Positions 18,622 to 29,500 of a stretch of DNA of 64,000 nucleotides are shown here, one piece after another. The DNA is from an uncultured virus (IMG/VR IMGVR_UViG_3300023173_001245) (Duplodnaviria; Heunggongvirae; Uroviricota; Caudoviricetes): IMG/VR virus record IMGVR_UViG_3300023173_001245; one strand, written 5' to 3'. A model generated the notes under the pieces. It ran no database searches and had not been told where the DNA came from. It saw nothing but the letters and a program-made list of their open reading frames with translations. The translations under genes were made by a program, and so were the position numbers. How positions within the stretch are numbered: the first letter of the stretch is position 1; the number at the start of each line of letters is the position of its first letter.

Positions 18622-19809
18622 TTAGGTTAATCTCCAACGGATCATTACACGTCCAGGAGCACCATTTCCACCGAAGTTTGGATGTCCATAAGATGGACCG
18701 TTGTGATAACTACCAGCACCACCACCAGCGCCTGTTCCAACAATAGCATCAAGTTCTTTAGATCCAGCACCGTTTCCAAGTGGTTCTACACCTGTTACCA
18801 TATTGGTATAAGGTTGTGTAGGAGTAGATCCAGATCCTCTACCACCACCATATCTTCCGTTTCCAGCAACCTCAGAAGAGTTTCCTCCTCCTCCGCCACC
18901 ACCAGCGATATATTCTGCAGATCCTGTTCTCCAAGGTACTGCAACACCAACGCCACCCCATCCGTTTCCTGGAGATGATGTAGGAGCAGAACCACCAGCA
19001 CCACCAGCACCACCGCCACCAGCACCAGTCCAAGTGTTTGCATTATTTCCGCCCGCATTCCCATATCCCTTAACAATACCCGTGTTCATGTATGGAGTAT
19101 TATTAAAGGCAGTGATAGGCATTGGGGATGGGTCATATCCTGCCTGAGTTGGGTTCCATTGACCACCAAGATAAGTTGGGTTTGTTGGAAGTCTATATCC
19201 TTGTGCAGCGCCGCCGCCAGATCCACCTCTTACATCAATTCTCTGATAGGAGCTACTGAATCCACCCTCTGTAGATCCACCACCACCACCATCAGCAACA
19301 TATGGTAGTGGAGATGCTGGTGGTCCTTCAATGTAAGAAGGAAGTCCTCTTTCTCCAAATCCACCAGGATAATATCCTCTTCCTTTACCACCACGTCCTA
19401 CTCTAATATAATAGTTTCCAGCAGGTAAATCAACACCTCTACCAATAACAACTCCGCCTGCTCCACCGCCACCATTTCCATTTGTGGAGTGGAACATGCC
19501 GCCGGCACCACCACCACCAATAATCATGAAATCAACTCTGATTTTACTATTAACTGTTAGTGTTCCATCACCCCAGAAAGTTCTCGATTCATACTGATAT
19601 CCATTTTCAGTATAGGTATTAACTTCACCACCAATAACACTAGCAGCGTATCCAACTGGTTGAGTAACTCCACCAACCGTAATACCATTACTATAACTAA
19701 CACCACCAGCAACATCCAGTGTTCCATCAACGTTTAGAGTTGTTCCTGATGGAATAGTAACCTGAGAACCAGTTCTGCCTTGGATACTATCGACTCTTAA
19801 TGTAGACAT
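18622..19809 (-). CDS. Glycine-rich adhesin-like virion protein
   Basis: N-terminal MSTLRVDSI, VDFMIIGGGGAGG, IAGGGGGGG, C-terminal GGNGAPGRVMIRW; TATAAATA at 19843-19850. Confidence 0.75.
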   Translation of the reverse strand: MSTLRVDSIQGRTGSQVTIPSGTTLNVDGTLDVAGGVSYSNGITVGGVTQPVGYAASVIGGEVNTYTENGYQYESRTFWGDGTLTVNSKIRVDFMIIGGGGAGGMFHSTNGNGGGGAGGVVIGRGVDLPAGNYYIRVGRGGKGRGYYPGGFGERGLPSYIEGPPASPLPYVADGGGGGSTEGGFSSSYQRIDVRGGSGGGAAQGYRLPTNPTYLGGQWNPTQAGYDPSPMPITAFNNTPYMNTGIVKGYGNAGGNNANTWTGAGGGGAGGAGGSAPTSSPGNGWGGVGVAVPWRTGSAEYIAGGGGGGGNSSEVAGNGRYGGGRGSGSTPTQPYTNMVTGVEPLGNGAGSKELDAIVGTGAGGGAGSYHNGPSYGHPNFGGNGAPGRVMIRWRLT

Positions 19810-19851
19810 TCTTTCTTCCGTTTACGGCAATTTTGTTAAAACTATTTATAA

Positions 19852-22800
19852 TTATAAAACTAATACACAGGTATCGTCAACCGTAACGGTGACTCCATTT
19901 TCAATATCATATGTAATATCATCTTGCAGATATGATGGAATTTTTCCATATCCGACTTTTTGCATTCCACCCAATGTAATACTAGTTTGGAACACTGAGC
20001 GAATGTTATCATCAAAAGAGTCACCTCTAAGTAAATTAGTTCCACCAATTTCTCTACCATAGTAGTTCATATCAAAATCAGTTTTATCTGTTATGGCAAG
20101 AACACATCCATCATCAACATAAACAGTAACACCACTCTCAATATCAACTGTCGATGATGGGTGAGTAAAGACTTCACCAAACTTTTGGGGAGATCCGATC
20201 GTGGTATTAGTATCAAACCCACCATAGTGAGTGAATAATACCTTATTAATTTGTTCTATGTTACGAACATCAGGATCAATGGTAATATCAGCTCTCGATC
20301 CAGTAATTGCAAATGTATTTCCAACACCAAGGAAGTTTAGTGTTGTCAGTGGTCCATAAGAAACAGGAGATCCATTAGAACTAATACCAATATTATATCC
20401 TTGAGTTGCTGTTACATAACCAACCAAGGAGACTTCATTGGAAGAAGCAAAATATCTCAGATTATTTGAACCAGTTGCAACGTTAGATGAGTTCTTGAAA
20501 AGAATCTGGTTAGCACTAGCGACAACTGGTCCAGGAATACCTTGAGTACCCTGTGTTCCATTAGTTCCTTGTCTTCCCTGAACGCCCTGAGCACCGGTAG
20601 CACCCTGAGCACCAGATGTTCCCTGTCTTCCCTGAATACCTTGGATACCTTGAACACCCTGAGTACCAAAAGCACCCTGAGCACCAGTTGTTCCTTGAAT
20701 ACCTTGAACACCCTGAGTACCCTGCCTTCCTTGTGTTCCCTGAGAACCTGTAATTCCTTGGATACCCTGAGTACCCTGAGTTCCTTGAACACCTTGGATA
20801 CCTTGAGTACCTTGAGAACCTGTAATTCCTTGGATACCCTGAGTACCCTGAGTTCCTTGAACACCCTGAGTTCCTTGAACACCTTGAGTTCCTTGAGTTC
20901 CTTGAACACCTTGGATACCCTGAATACCTTGAACACCCTGCAGAGCTGCATTAGAAATAGTCGCTTTTTTCAGATCACCAACATCAGCATCATAAAGAAG
21001 AATATAGTCACTTCCAGAAGGTTGACCAACAGTCAATTCTGCACGATTATTAATAACTCCAGCACCAACCGTAGTTAGAGAAGAATTAGTAACTCCTGCA
21101 CCAAGAGTTGTAGCAGAGAGAACATCGGTGCTATTAATTTGATAAGAGTTACCACTGGTGACATTTACATCATCATTAAATGTAGAAACGCCAACTACAT
21201 CCAATCCACCACCAGTAATTCTTAAACCAGAACGGGCAGTGGCAATACCAATAGCATCAACATTGACAACGTCTTCATATTTAAGAGTTCCACCAACAGT
21301 AACATCACCACTAAATGATGCAGAGGTTGCTGTTAGGAAACCAGTAATTCTTGCATTATCAAGTTCAGTGTGTCCAGTGATGTCAACACCACCAACAGTG
21401 GTTTCAAATTTCTTGGAGTTGTTGTAGTAGAGTGATACTGATCCATTGGGTGTTGCTACTAACTGATTTTCATTTCCTGTTCTCGTCCTTAAAAGAATAG
21501 AACTATCAGACCTCAATACAAGAGAACCAACATTAACATCGTCAATAATACTATTAAGTCCATCGTGGAAAATCTCTAAATCTCCACCATCACCCAATCT
21601 TATCTTATCATTATCACCAAGATTTACATTACCTTGGAATGTAGAAACACCAGAAACGTTTAAGTTATCAAGTTCGGTGTGTCCATCTACATCTAAATCA
21701 CCATTAAGATCAGTATTACCAGTAACCGTAACAATACCAGAAGCAGAAATATTTCTTGTGGTGATATCTTCACCAAGAGATGCTCCACCATCAACAACAA
21801 GATCAGTTACATAAAGTGTCTTAGCATATGCATCATTTTGGAAAGTAGCAATTCCAATAAAAGTCGATAATCCAACAACTTCTAATTGATTAAATGATGC
21901 TGTTGTGGTATGAATTGTTACTCCAGATCCAACACTAATTGTATTAGTGTCTCCATTAATAGTAACAGATGAAGATCCAACTGTTAGAACACCAACGATT
22001 GATGCATCACCAGCAACATTTAGAGAATCATTAACAAAGACATCGTTCTGGAATGTTCCAATACCAGAGAAGGTAGAAAGACCAGCAACTTCAAGTTGAT
22101 TGACAGATACTGTTGTGGTATGAACGGTAACACCAGATCCAACACTAATTGTATTAGTGTCCCCATTAATAGTAACAGATGAAGATCCAACTGTCAGGAC
22201 ACCAACAACTTGAACATTGTTAGAAATGGTCAGGTCACCAGAAACAGTAGCACCAACACCAGTGGTCTCAAATTTCTTGGAGTTGTCGTAGTAGAGTTCT
22301 ACTGCTCCGTTTGTGATGAATTTTGCCTTTGTTTCATTTATAGAAGCATTTGCAATAACAACTTCGTTGCTACCAGCAATATACAAATTGCCTTGTCCAG
22401 TATCAACTAAATTAGTATGAGCACCAGTGTGTCTAATACTAAAATCATCATTATCACCAAAATTTAGTCTTACATTATCACCAAGATTTGCATTTCCTTG
22501 GAATGTAGAAACACCAGAAACATTCAGTGTTCCACGAACATCTAACTTAGCAGTTGGATTTGTGGTTGCAATGCCAACATTACCATCAGAATCTATAACT
22601 GCTCTCTCCGACCCTGCAGTAAAGAATGTCAGAGCATCTTCATCTGATCCAGGAGAAGACTCTGGTTTAATATAAGTATCTCCATCAACGTCCTTAACAC
22701 CACCAAGAGATCCCCAATCATTACCAGGACCAAATCCTTCAAACTGTGAATTAGTTGTATTATATCTAATCTGGCCAGTGACTGCAGTTCCTACTGCATC

Positions 22801-25800
22801 TTTTTCTGCATCAGTTCCAACAGGAATTTGAATAGAGTTAGTGCTATCAAAGATAACTCTATCTCTAAATGTAGAAACACCAGTTGCTTCTACACCACCG
22901 GTAATACTTACACCAGCACCAGTGGTCTCAAATTTCTTGGAGTTGTCGTAGTAGAGTTCTACTGCCCCATTTTCAGTATAAAGTAATGCGTCTTCGGTAT
23001 TACTTTGATTGCGAAGACGTATAGTTGAACCAGTGATGAATATACCACCAACTCCAGTATCTTGAATAAAACTATTACTTCCACTATGATAAATCTGTAA
23101 GTCATTACCATCACCAAGTCTCAGTCTATCATTATCACCAAGATCTACATTATCACTAAAAGTAGCAACTCCTACTACATCTAGACCACCACCAGTAATT
23201 CTTAACCCAGAACGAGCGGTAGCGATACCAATAGCATCTACATTAACTACATCTTCATAGGTAAGAGTTCCACCAACAGTAACATCACCACTGAATGATG
23301 CACTAGTAGCAGTAAGAACACCAGCAATATTAACATTATCTAATTCTGTATGACCTTCAACATCTAGGTCTCCATTGAGATCAGTATTTCCAGATATTGT
23401 TGCAATGCCTGCTACAGATAAATTTCCACTAGCAGTTAAACTTCTTGTACTTAAATCATCTCCAAGAGTAGCACCACCTTCAATATTAATCGAAGGTGCT
23501 GATAGAGTTCCTCCAACAAACAGATTACCCTCAAAGGTTCCAATACCAACAAAAGTTGATACACCAGAAACTCTGAGATTATCTAATTCCGTATGACCTT
23601 CAACATCTAGGTCACCATTAGCATCAATGTTTCCAGTAAAAGTAGAAACACCAGAAACAGTAAGATTGCCTCCATTAACATCTAAACTTCCATTGATAAT
23701 TGTCTTATTAGATGCTGCAGGGTCAATAGTAATATCACCACTCAGTGATGAGAAAGTCGCATCGGCAAGCTGCAAATCACCAACTGTTATACTTGTTGGT
23801 GTAATTACTGTCTGATTTAATCCACCATCAGTAACAGTCAAATTACCAGTGGTTTCTAAATCATAAGTTGTTGCAGCAAAACTTACATTACCACTTTCTT
23901 GATTGATATAGAATGCTTCACCAACTCTGAAGTCACCTTTATGGTCAATACTTACATAAGATACTTCACCATTATTCAGTTCTGTGACTTCATTTGCCTG
24001 AATAACTGTAGTTGGGTCATTAGAAAAATCTTTACCAGATCCAACGTGGTTAAAGTTTAGAGCGAATAGACGTAGATTTACACCTAAACCATCAGCAACA
24101 ACACCCTGATCACCATACTCAACAGCACAACCAACTGAACGCAAGTCTGCGCCAAACATCTTATAGTCTGCAAGACTAATTGCACTGGCAATACCTGTAA
24201 AAGTAGTTCCGTCAGATTGGAAGAACTCAACTCGTTGAGTTGTACCAATACCAACGGAGGTAAAAGTGCCATATCCCTTTCCACTAATCTTAGCATAAGG
24301 TGAATTGTAATTGGTAATCGTACCAACAGCAACTACAGAACCACCAGAATCAAACAACTTAACAACGTCGTTGACTGCTGGTGTCACTCCAGGAGTTCTA
24401 AACTTAAGCCTCGTTTCTGCGGTTCCAGCTATACCTACTGTACCAGATGTACCAACAATCGCTTGAGATGCGAAGTAGTGGAAACAGTTAAGGTACTCGG
24501 CACGAGCACCGTTCGTGAGAACAATACCTTTATTATTTGGAGTGAAGAAAGTAACCTCATTGAAAAGCATTCCTGCTTCCAATGAATTTGAAGCAACTTC
24601 AGAACCATCAACCAATGCTCCACGTCCAGCAACATAAGTCGTTGGTGGATTGTCAGCAGTATCATAACCATAAGGATCAGTAGCACTAAGTGTAGATCCA
24701 GTATTAAGAACCGTTACCCTTTGAATATAAGGGCTTCTGGTCGTGATGGCAATACCAGGAGCATATGCGAAGGCATAACCAGTATCATCGGTAGAATTAT
24801 AATATGAATTTCTGACAGTAAAATCTTCTAATGTTGATACATCATTCAGTAAGAAGACATTATTTGTTTTTGTAGCATCACTAGGTCTGATTGTAGTTGC
24901 TCTTAAACCAGCACCCTTTACAGTAACACCTCTAGGAACTGTCAGTGGAACTGTTTCTTCATAGGTTCCTGCCGAAATATTAATAAGATCCCCATTACCA
25001 GCAACACTCAGTGCCTGAGCGATAGTAAGGTATGGTTCGTTTATGTTGTTACCACTGTTCGAATCGCTACCTGTAGTGGCAACATAGTACGTTTGTCCAA
25101 GTGCATTGAGATCACCGTCAAATGAGGATGCGGTAAGAATGCCAGATACATTTACATTATCAAACTCGGCATGACCATCTACATCTAGATCAGCATTGAG
25201 ATCAACGTTTCCTGAGAACGTAGAAACACCAGTTGCCTCTACACCACCAGTAATACTTACACCAGCACCAGTGGTCTCAAATTTCTTGGAGTTGTCGTAG
25301 TAGAGTTCTGCCGAACCGTCAACATTAAACTTTGCTAGTGTTTCAGTGTTTACCTGATTGCCAATAACTACTGAAGCATCTCCAAGTAGATTTAGATTTC
25401 CAGTTCCAGTATCTTGAATATAACTTTGTCCACCAGAATGATATATTCTTAAATCATTACCATCACCCAAATAGATTGTATCATTATCACCAAGATATAC
25501 ATTTCCTTGGAATGTAGAAACACCAGAAACGTTTAAGTTATCAAGTTCAGTATGCCCATCAACATCTAGATCAGCATTAAGATCAATGTTTCCTGAGAAA
25601 GTAGAAACACCAGTAACACTTAAATTCCTAGTTGAAATATCATCTCCAATTGATGATCCACCTTCAACATTAAGAGCTGGTGCATATAAAGTACCACCAA
25701 CATAAACATCACTTTCAAACGTACTAACACCAACGACAGTAGAAACACCAACTACATATAAAGTTCCACCCTCAATATTTCCAGCAACGTCTAAACTCTT

Positions 25801-26523
25801 ATCAACAATAACATCTTCATAAAAAGTAGAAAATCCAGTAATGCTTAACTGGTTTGCAAAACTAGATCCAAAGACAGTAACACCAGCACCAGTGGTTTCA
25901 AACTTCTTAGAGTTATCATAGTATAGTTCTACTGAATCATTGGGTTTGAAAACTGCTATTGGTTCATCACTAGTATCCTTTCGGATAGTCATGTTTGAAT
26001 CACTTTCTACAAATAATTCACCAGTATTATTTTTGATGTAACTATTAGTTCCATCATGATGTATTTCTAGATCATTACCAGCACCAATTCCCAGTGTAAC
26101 ATTATCATCAAGATTTACATTATCGTTAAAAGTAGAGACTCCTACTACATCTAGTCCACCACCAGTAACTCTCAGTCCAGCTCTTGCTGTTGCAATTCCT
26201 ACAGAGTCAACATTGACTACATCTTCATACTTAAGAACACCACCAACGGTTACATCACCACTGAAGTTAGCGGATGTTCCATTTATTGAACCGATAAATG
26301 TTGAAATACCATTTGCAGTTAAGTTTCTAGTTATAATATCATCGCCAATCGAAGCACCACCACCAGAACCCGAAGTTAAAGCGCCAGCAATATATACATC
26401 GCTCTGAAACGTACTTATTCCAGAAACAGCAAAAGCACCACCAACAAAAGCGTCTGTTGAAGTGATAGTTGATGCTGTACCTATCTCTAGACCGTTCTTT
26501 ACCCTAAAATTTTGTGTTCCCAC
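19852..26523 (-). CDS. Very long tail fibre protein (2223 aa)
   Basis: GTG start, NFRVKNGL, GHTELD and LYYDNSKKFET repeats, duplicated beta-helix-like domain, IPVGT..GQIRYNTTNSQFEG..WGSLGGVKDVDGDT module, collagen-like segment near the C-terminus. Confidence 0.8.
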   Translation of the reverse strand: MGTQNFRVKNGLEIGTASTITSTDAFVGGAFAVSGISTFQSDVYIAGALTSGSGGGASIGDDIITRNLTANGISTFIGSINGTSANFSGDVTVGGVLKYEDVVNVDSVGIATARAGLRVTGGGLDVVGVSTFNDNVNLDDNVTLGIGAGNDLEIHHDGTNSYIKNNTGELFVESDSNMTIRKDTSDEPIAVFKPNDSVELYYDNSKKFETTGAGVTVFGSSFANQLSITGFSTFYEDVIVDKSLDVAGNIEGGTLYVVGVSTVVGVSTFESDVYVGGTLYAPALNVEGGSSIGDDISTRNLSVTGVSTFSGNIDLNADLDVDGHTELDNLNVSGVSTFQGNVYLGDNDTIYLGDGNDLRIYHSGGQSYIQDTGTGNLNLLGDASVVIGNQVNTETLAKFNVDGSAELYYDNSKKFETTGAGVSITGGVEATGVSTFSGNVDLNADLDVDGHAEFDNVNVSGILTASSFDGDLNALGQTYYVATTGSDSNSGNNINEPYLTIAQALSVAGNGDLINISAGTYEETVPLTVPRGVTVKGAGLRATTIRPSDATKTNNVFLLNDVSTLEDFTVRNSYYNSTDDTGYAFAYAPGIAITTRSPYIQRVTVLNTGSTLSATDPYGYDTADNPPTTYVAGRGALVDGSEVASNSLEAGMLFNEVTFFTPNNKGIVLTNGARAEYLNCFHYFASQAIVGTSGTVGIAGTAETRLKFRTPGVTPAVNDVVKLFDSGGSVVAVGTITNYNSPYAKISGKGYGTFTSVGIGTTQRVEFFQSDGTTFTGIASAISLADYKMFGADLRSVGCAVEYGDQGVVADGLGVNLRLFALNFNHVGSGKDFSNDPTTVIQANEVTELNNGEVSYVSIDHKGDFRVGEAFYINQESGNVSFAATTYDLETTGNLTVTDGGLNQTVITPTSITVGDLQLADATFSSLSGDITIDPAASNKTIINGSLDVNGGNLTVSGVSTFTGNIDANGDLDVEGHTELDNLRVSGVSTFVGIGTFEGNLFVGGTLSAPSINIEGGATLGDDLSTRSLTASGNLSVAGIATISGNTDLNGDLDVEGHTELDNVNIAGVLTATSASFSGDVTVGGTLTYEDVVNVDAIGIATARSGLRITGGGLDVVGVATFSDNVDLGDNDRLRLGDGNDLQIYHSGSNSFIQDTGVGGIFITGSTIRLRNQSNTEDALLYTENGAVELYYDNSKKFETTGAGVSITGGVEATGVSTFRDRVIFDSTNSIQIPVGTDAEKDAVGTAVTGQIRYNTTNSQFEGFGPGNDWGSLGGVKDVDGDTYIKPESSPGSDEDALTFFTAGSERAVIDSDGNVGIATTNPTAKLDVRGTLNVSGVSTFQGNANLGDNVRLNFGDNDDFSIRHTGAHTNLVDTGQGNLYIAGSNEVVIANASINETKAKFITNGAVELYYDNSKKFETTGVGATVSGDLTISNNVQVVGVLTVGSSSVTINGDTNTISVGSGVTVHTTTVSVNQLEVAGLSTFSGIGTFQNDVFVNDSLNVAGDASIVGVLTVGSSSVTINGDTNTISVGSGVTIHTTTASFNQLEVVGLSTFIGIATFQNDAYAKTLYVTDLVVDGGASLGEDITTRNISASGIVTVTGNTDLNGDLDVDGHTELDNLNVSGVSTFQGNVNLGDNDKIRLGDGGDLEIFHDGLNSIIDDVNVGSLVLRSDSSILLRTRTGNENQLVATPNGSVSLYYNNSKKFETTVGGVDITGHTELDNARITGFLTATSASFSGDVTVGGTLKYEDVVNVDAIGIATARSGLRITGGGLDVVGVSTFNDDVNVTSGNSYQINSTDVLSATTLGAGVTNSSLTTVGAGVINNRAELTVGQPSGSDYILLYDADVGDLKKATISNAALQGVQGIQGIQGVQGTQGTQGVQGTQGVQGTQGTQGIQGITGSQGTQGIQGVQGTQGTQGIQGITGSQGTQGRQGTQGVQGIQGTTGAQGAFGTQGVQGIQGIQGRQGTSGAQGATGAQGVQGRQGTNGTQGTQGIPGPVVASANQILFKNSSNVATGSNNLRYFASSNEVSLVGYVTATQGYNIGISSNGSPVSYGPLTTLNFLGVGNTFAITGSRADITIDPDVRNIEQINKVLFTHYGGFDTNTTIGSPQKFGEVFTHPSSTVDIESGVTVYVDDGCVLAITDKTDFDMNYYGREIGGTNLLRGDSFDDNIRSVFQTSITLGGMQKVGYGKIPSYLQDDITYDIENGVTVTVDDTCVLVL
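23720..25123 (-). repeat. Copy 2 of the ~1.4-kb duplicated fibre domain
   Basis: See 11724-13126; offset is about 12.0 kb. Confidence 0.9.
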
Positions 26524-26559
26524 AGGTTCACTTTCCCCCGATGGTTTTTTAGGTATTTA

Positions 26560-29500
26560 TCAAACCTTTACTGCATCGAAGATTATATTATAAGTTGTGA
26601 TACCAGAACTTGCTGGTGTGGCAAGAAGTCTTAAGTTTCCACCAGATACATCCACATCATATGTAGCAACTACGGATGTATTGTAAATTGCACCATACTC
26701 ATTATAGTATGCTGTAGATCCATCATGAAGTGCAGTAATCTTAGTCGTGTGATAATTTCCACCCTCGGTCGCTTGGATTGTATAGTCTATAGAACGATAG
26801 GATGCTACTGGAACTGCAGAGTGAATTCCAATCTGTGAAGTTGTTGTTGTCTCTGCTGTTGTTGTACCATAAGAAACCCTATCATCAATAGAAATATATC
26901 CATGAACATCAAGAGATTCATTTGGAATAGTTGTTCCAATTCCAACATTATAATTGGTATGAATACCAACATATGGTGGATCTGAAGAAACCCAATAGTT
27001 ACTAATTCCAGCATTGCTTGTATCAACCCACTGCTGACTATTACCATCATCATAGTAAATCTTGAGTTGACCATATACGCTATCCCACCACAGGTCTCCT
27101 GCAAGTGGTGATACTGGTGGGAACTCACCAATAACTGCTAGATTCTCACCACCATTTGTATCAACCCACTGAGTACTATCACCATCAGCATAATAAACTT
27201 TCAGGTCTCCAGTGTCACTTTCCCACCAGAGGTCGCCTGCCCTTGCACCACCTGGTGGTTCGGTTGAAACAGAAACTCTTGCACCACCAACACTATCAAG
27301 GTCAATAACAACAGTGCTTCCATATCCAGTGATACTGAGACCAGTACCAACAAAGTTAATATCAGTAAATCCAGTACCAACTCTTGCCTCTGGGGTTATA
27401 ACTCCAGAAGTTGGATTTACTTCGGTAGATCCAATACCAACACCAGCAACGAATAAGATGCCATCCTTATAGAGATCACCGTTGAAGTTAATATCACCAT
27501 TAACGTCCAGGTCATAATTTGGATCGGTAGAAGCAACACCAACAGGACCAGCAAAGTATGCTCCACTATCAACTTGGAATGCTTGTGCGCTAGTTCCTGT
27601 AGAAGTTCCCGTTCCTACCAGTACTGGACCAGTTGTAAATGTTGTTAATCCAGAAATGATGAGAGTATCACCATTTATATTACCTGTAAGGGTGGCATTA
27701 CGTGCCGTGAATTCATCAAATACCAGATCATCAGCAACGTAAAGATCACCACCAACATAGAGATCACTTTGGAATGTACCAATACCAGTGAAAGTAGAAA
27801 CACCACCAACATTAATTGGTCCAGTGATATCTACGAAAGAATTGATATCAAGGTAAGAACCAAATGTTGTTACTCCAGATATATTAACATCATCAAGTTC
27901 AGTAAGTCCATTTACATCTAGATTTCCTTCTAAGTCTAGATCAGCATTAGCATCTATGTTACTGGTGAATGTGGAAACACCATTAACATTTAATTGTGTG
28001 GAAGTGAGATCACCAATATCATAAATCTCTGTTCCTGTACCAACAACTCCTGTAATTTCCTTATTGACTATCTCAAACCAGGCACCACTATGTGCAAAGA
28101 AAGCTTTACCATAACTATGAACATGAGCAAATGCACCATGATATGTTCCAGCATCAGGAAGATCTGAATAGTTAGAATATAGGAAAGGTATTACGTTACT
28201 TGTGCCAGCACCAACAATTCTTCCACCAAAAGTAGAAGCGCCAGATACATTTACAGTGTTTAATTCAGTATGTTGCTCTACATCTAGATTACCGTTGGCA
28301 TCAATATCACCAGTAAATGTAGAAGCGCCAGATACATTTACAGTGTTTAATTCAGTATGACCATTTACATCTAAGTCAAATGCGGTTACAATCCCACTAA
28401 TATTAATCTGTGGGACTTCTAAAGTATTGTATATTGTTACTCCGTAACCAGTAGTCTCAAACTTTCTAGAATTGTCATAATAAAGTTCTACTGCACCATC
28501 AACATTAAAGTTTGCATAACTTTCACTACCATCAGCATTTGCAAAATAAATTGCTGCAGTTCCTCTGATATTAAGATTACCAATACCATCATCTACGATG
28601 TAAGAATTTGATCCATCATTATAGATCTGTAAATCATTGCTTCCACCAAGATTAATTCTGTCGTCATTACCAAGATAAATGTCATCTTGGAAAGTAGCAA
28701 TTCCAGTGAATAGTGAAGTATGAGTAACTTTTAAATGGCGAGTGGTTGTAAGACCAGTAACATCAAGAGTTGAAGATCTTACATGATCAATGGAAGAGAT
28801 TCCAATATAATCCAGAGTTGTACCCTGGAGATGAGTAGCAAATCCTACATCAATATATGATGTTTTTGCATCAAGAACTTCAAAGTTTCCTCTTGTGATT
28901 GTTGCGGCAGTACCTGTAATATTTCTCGCGCTGATGCTAAAATCGCCAACCTTAACATCACCAACAGCAAGTCTAATCTCGTTAGGAACAAGAGTAGATC
29001 CAATACCAACTGCCTGATTAGTCAACCATGCATCAGTGGTTCCAACACCCATTGTGTTGTGCTTATACCACAACCACTGCTTATAAGTATTTGGTAAGCT
29101 ATTAATTCCAGTAACTTGAAGAGGAACTAAGTAATGTCCTTCAGTACTAGCAACAGCAATACCAGAAGAATTTGCAGTATTATCTGTTGGAGTTGTTGTA
29201 GTAGTAAATCCAAGAATTAATTCTTTGTCTTCAATTCTTACTGTTTCAGCATCAAGAAGAATTGAAGTTCCACCAATACTTACGTCACCTTGAATGGTGA
29301 GGTTTCCATAGAATACTGAATCTGGAGCATGAATATCAAAGTCATTAGTGACTTCTAAGTTATATGCTGTAAGAGTTCCAGATACATTTACATTATCAAG
29401 TTCAGAATGTCCATTTACATCAATATTTCCTTCTAGATCTAAATCACCATTAGCATCTAGATTACCACCAATTGTAGTAACGCCAGAAATATTAACATTG

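Noticed and set aside
11724..25123. Duplicated segment as a diversity-generating retroelement TR/VR pair
   Set aside because: Far too long, differences are mostly synonymous rather than adenine-specific, both copies are coding, and there is no reverse transcriptase in the window
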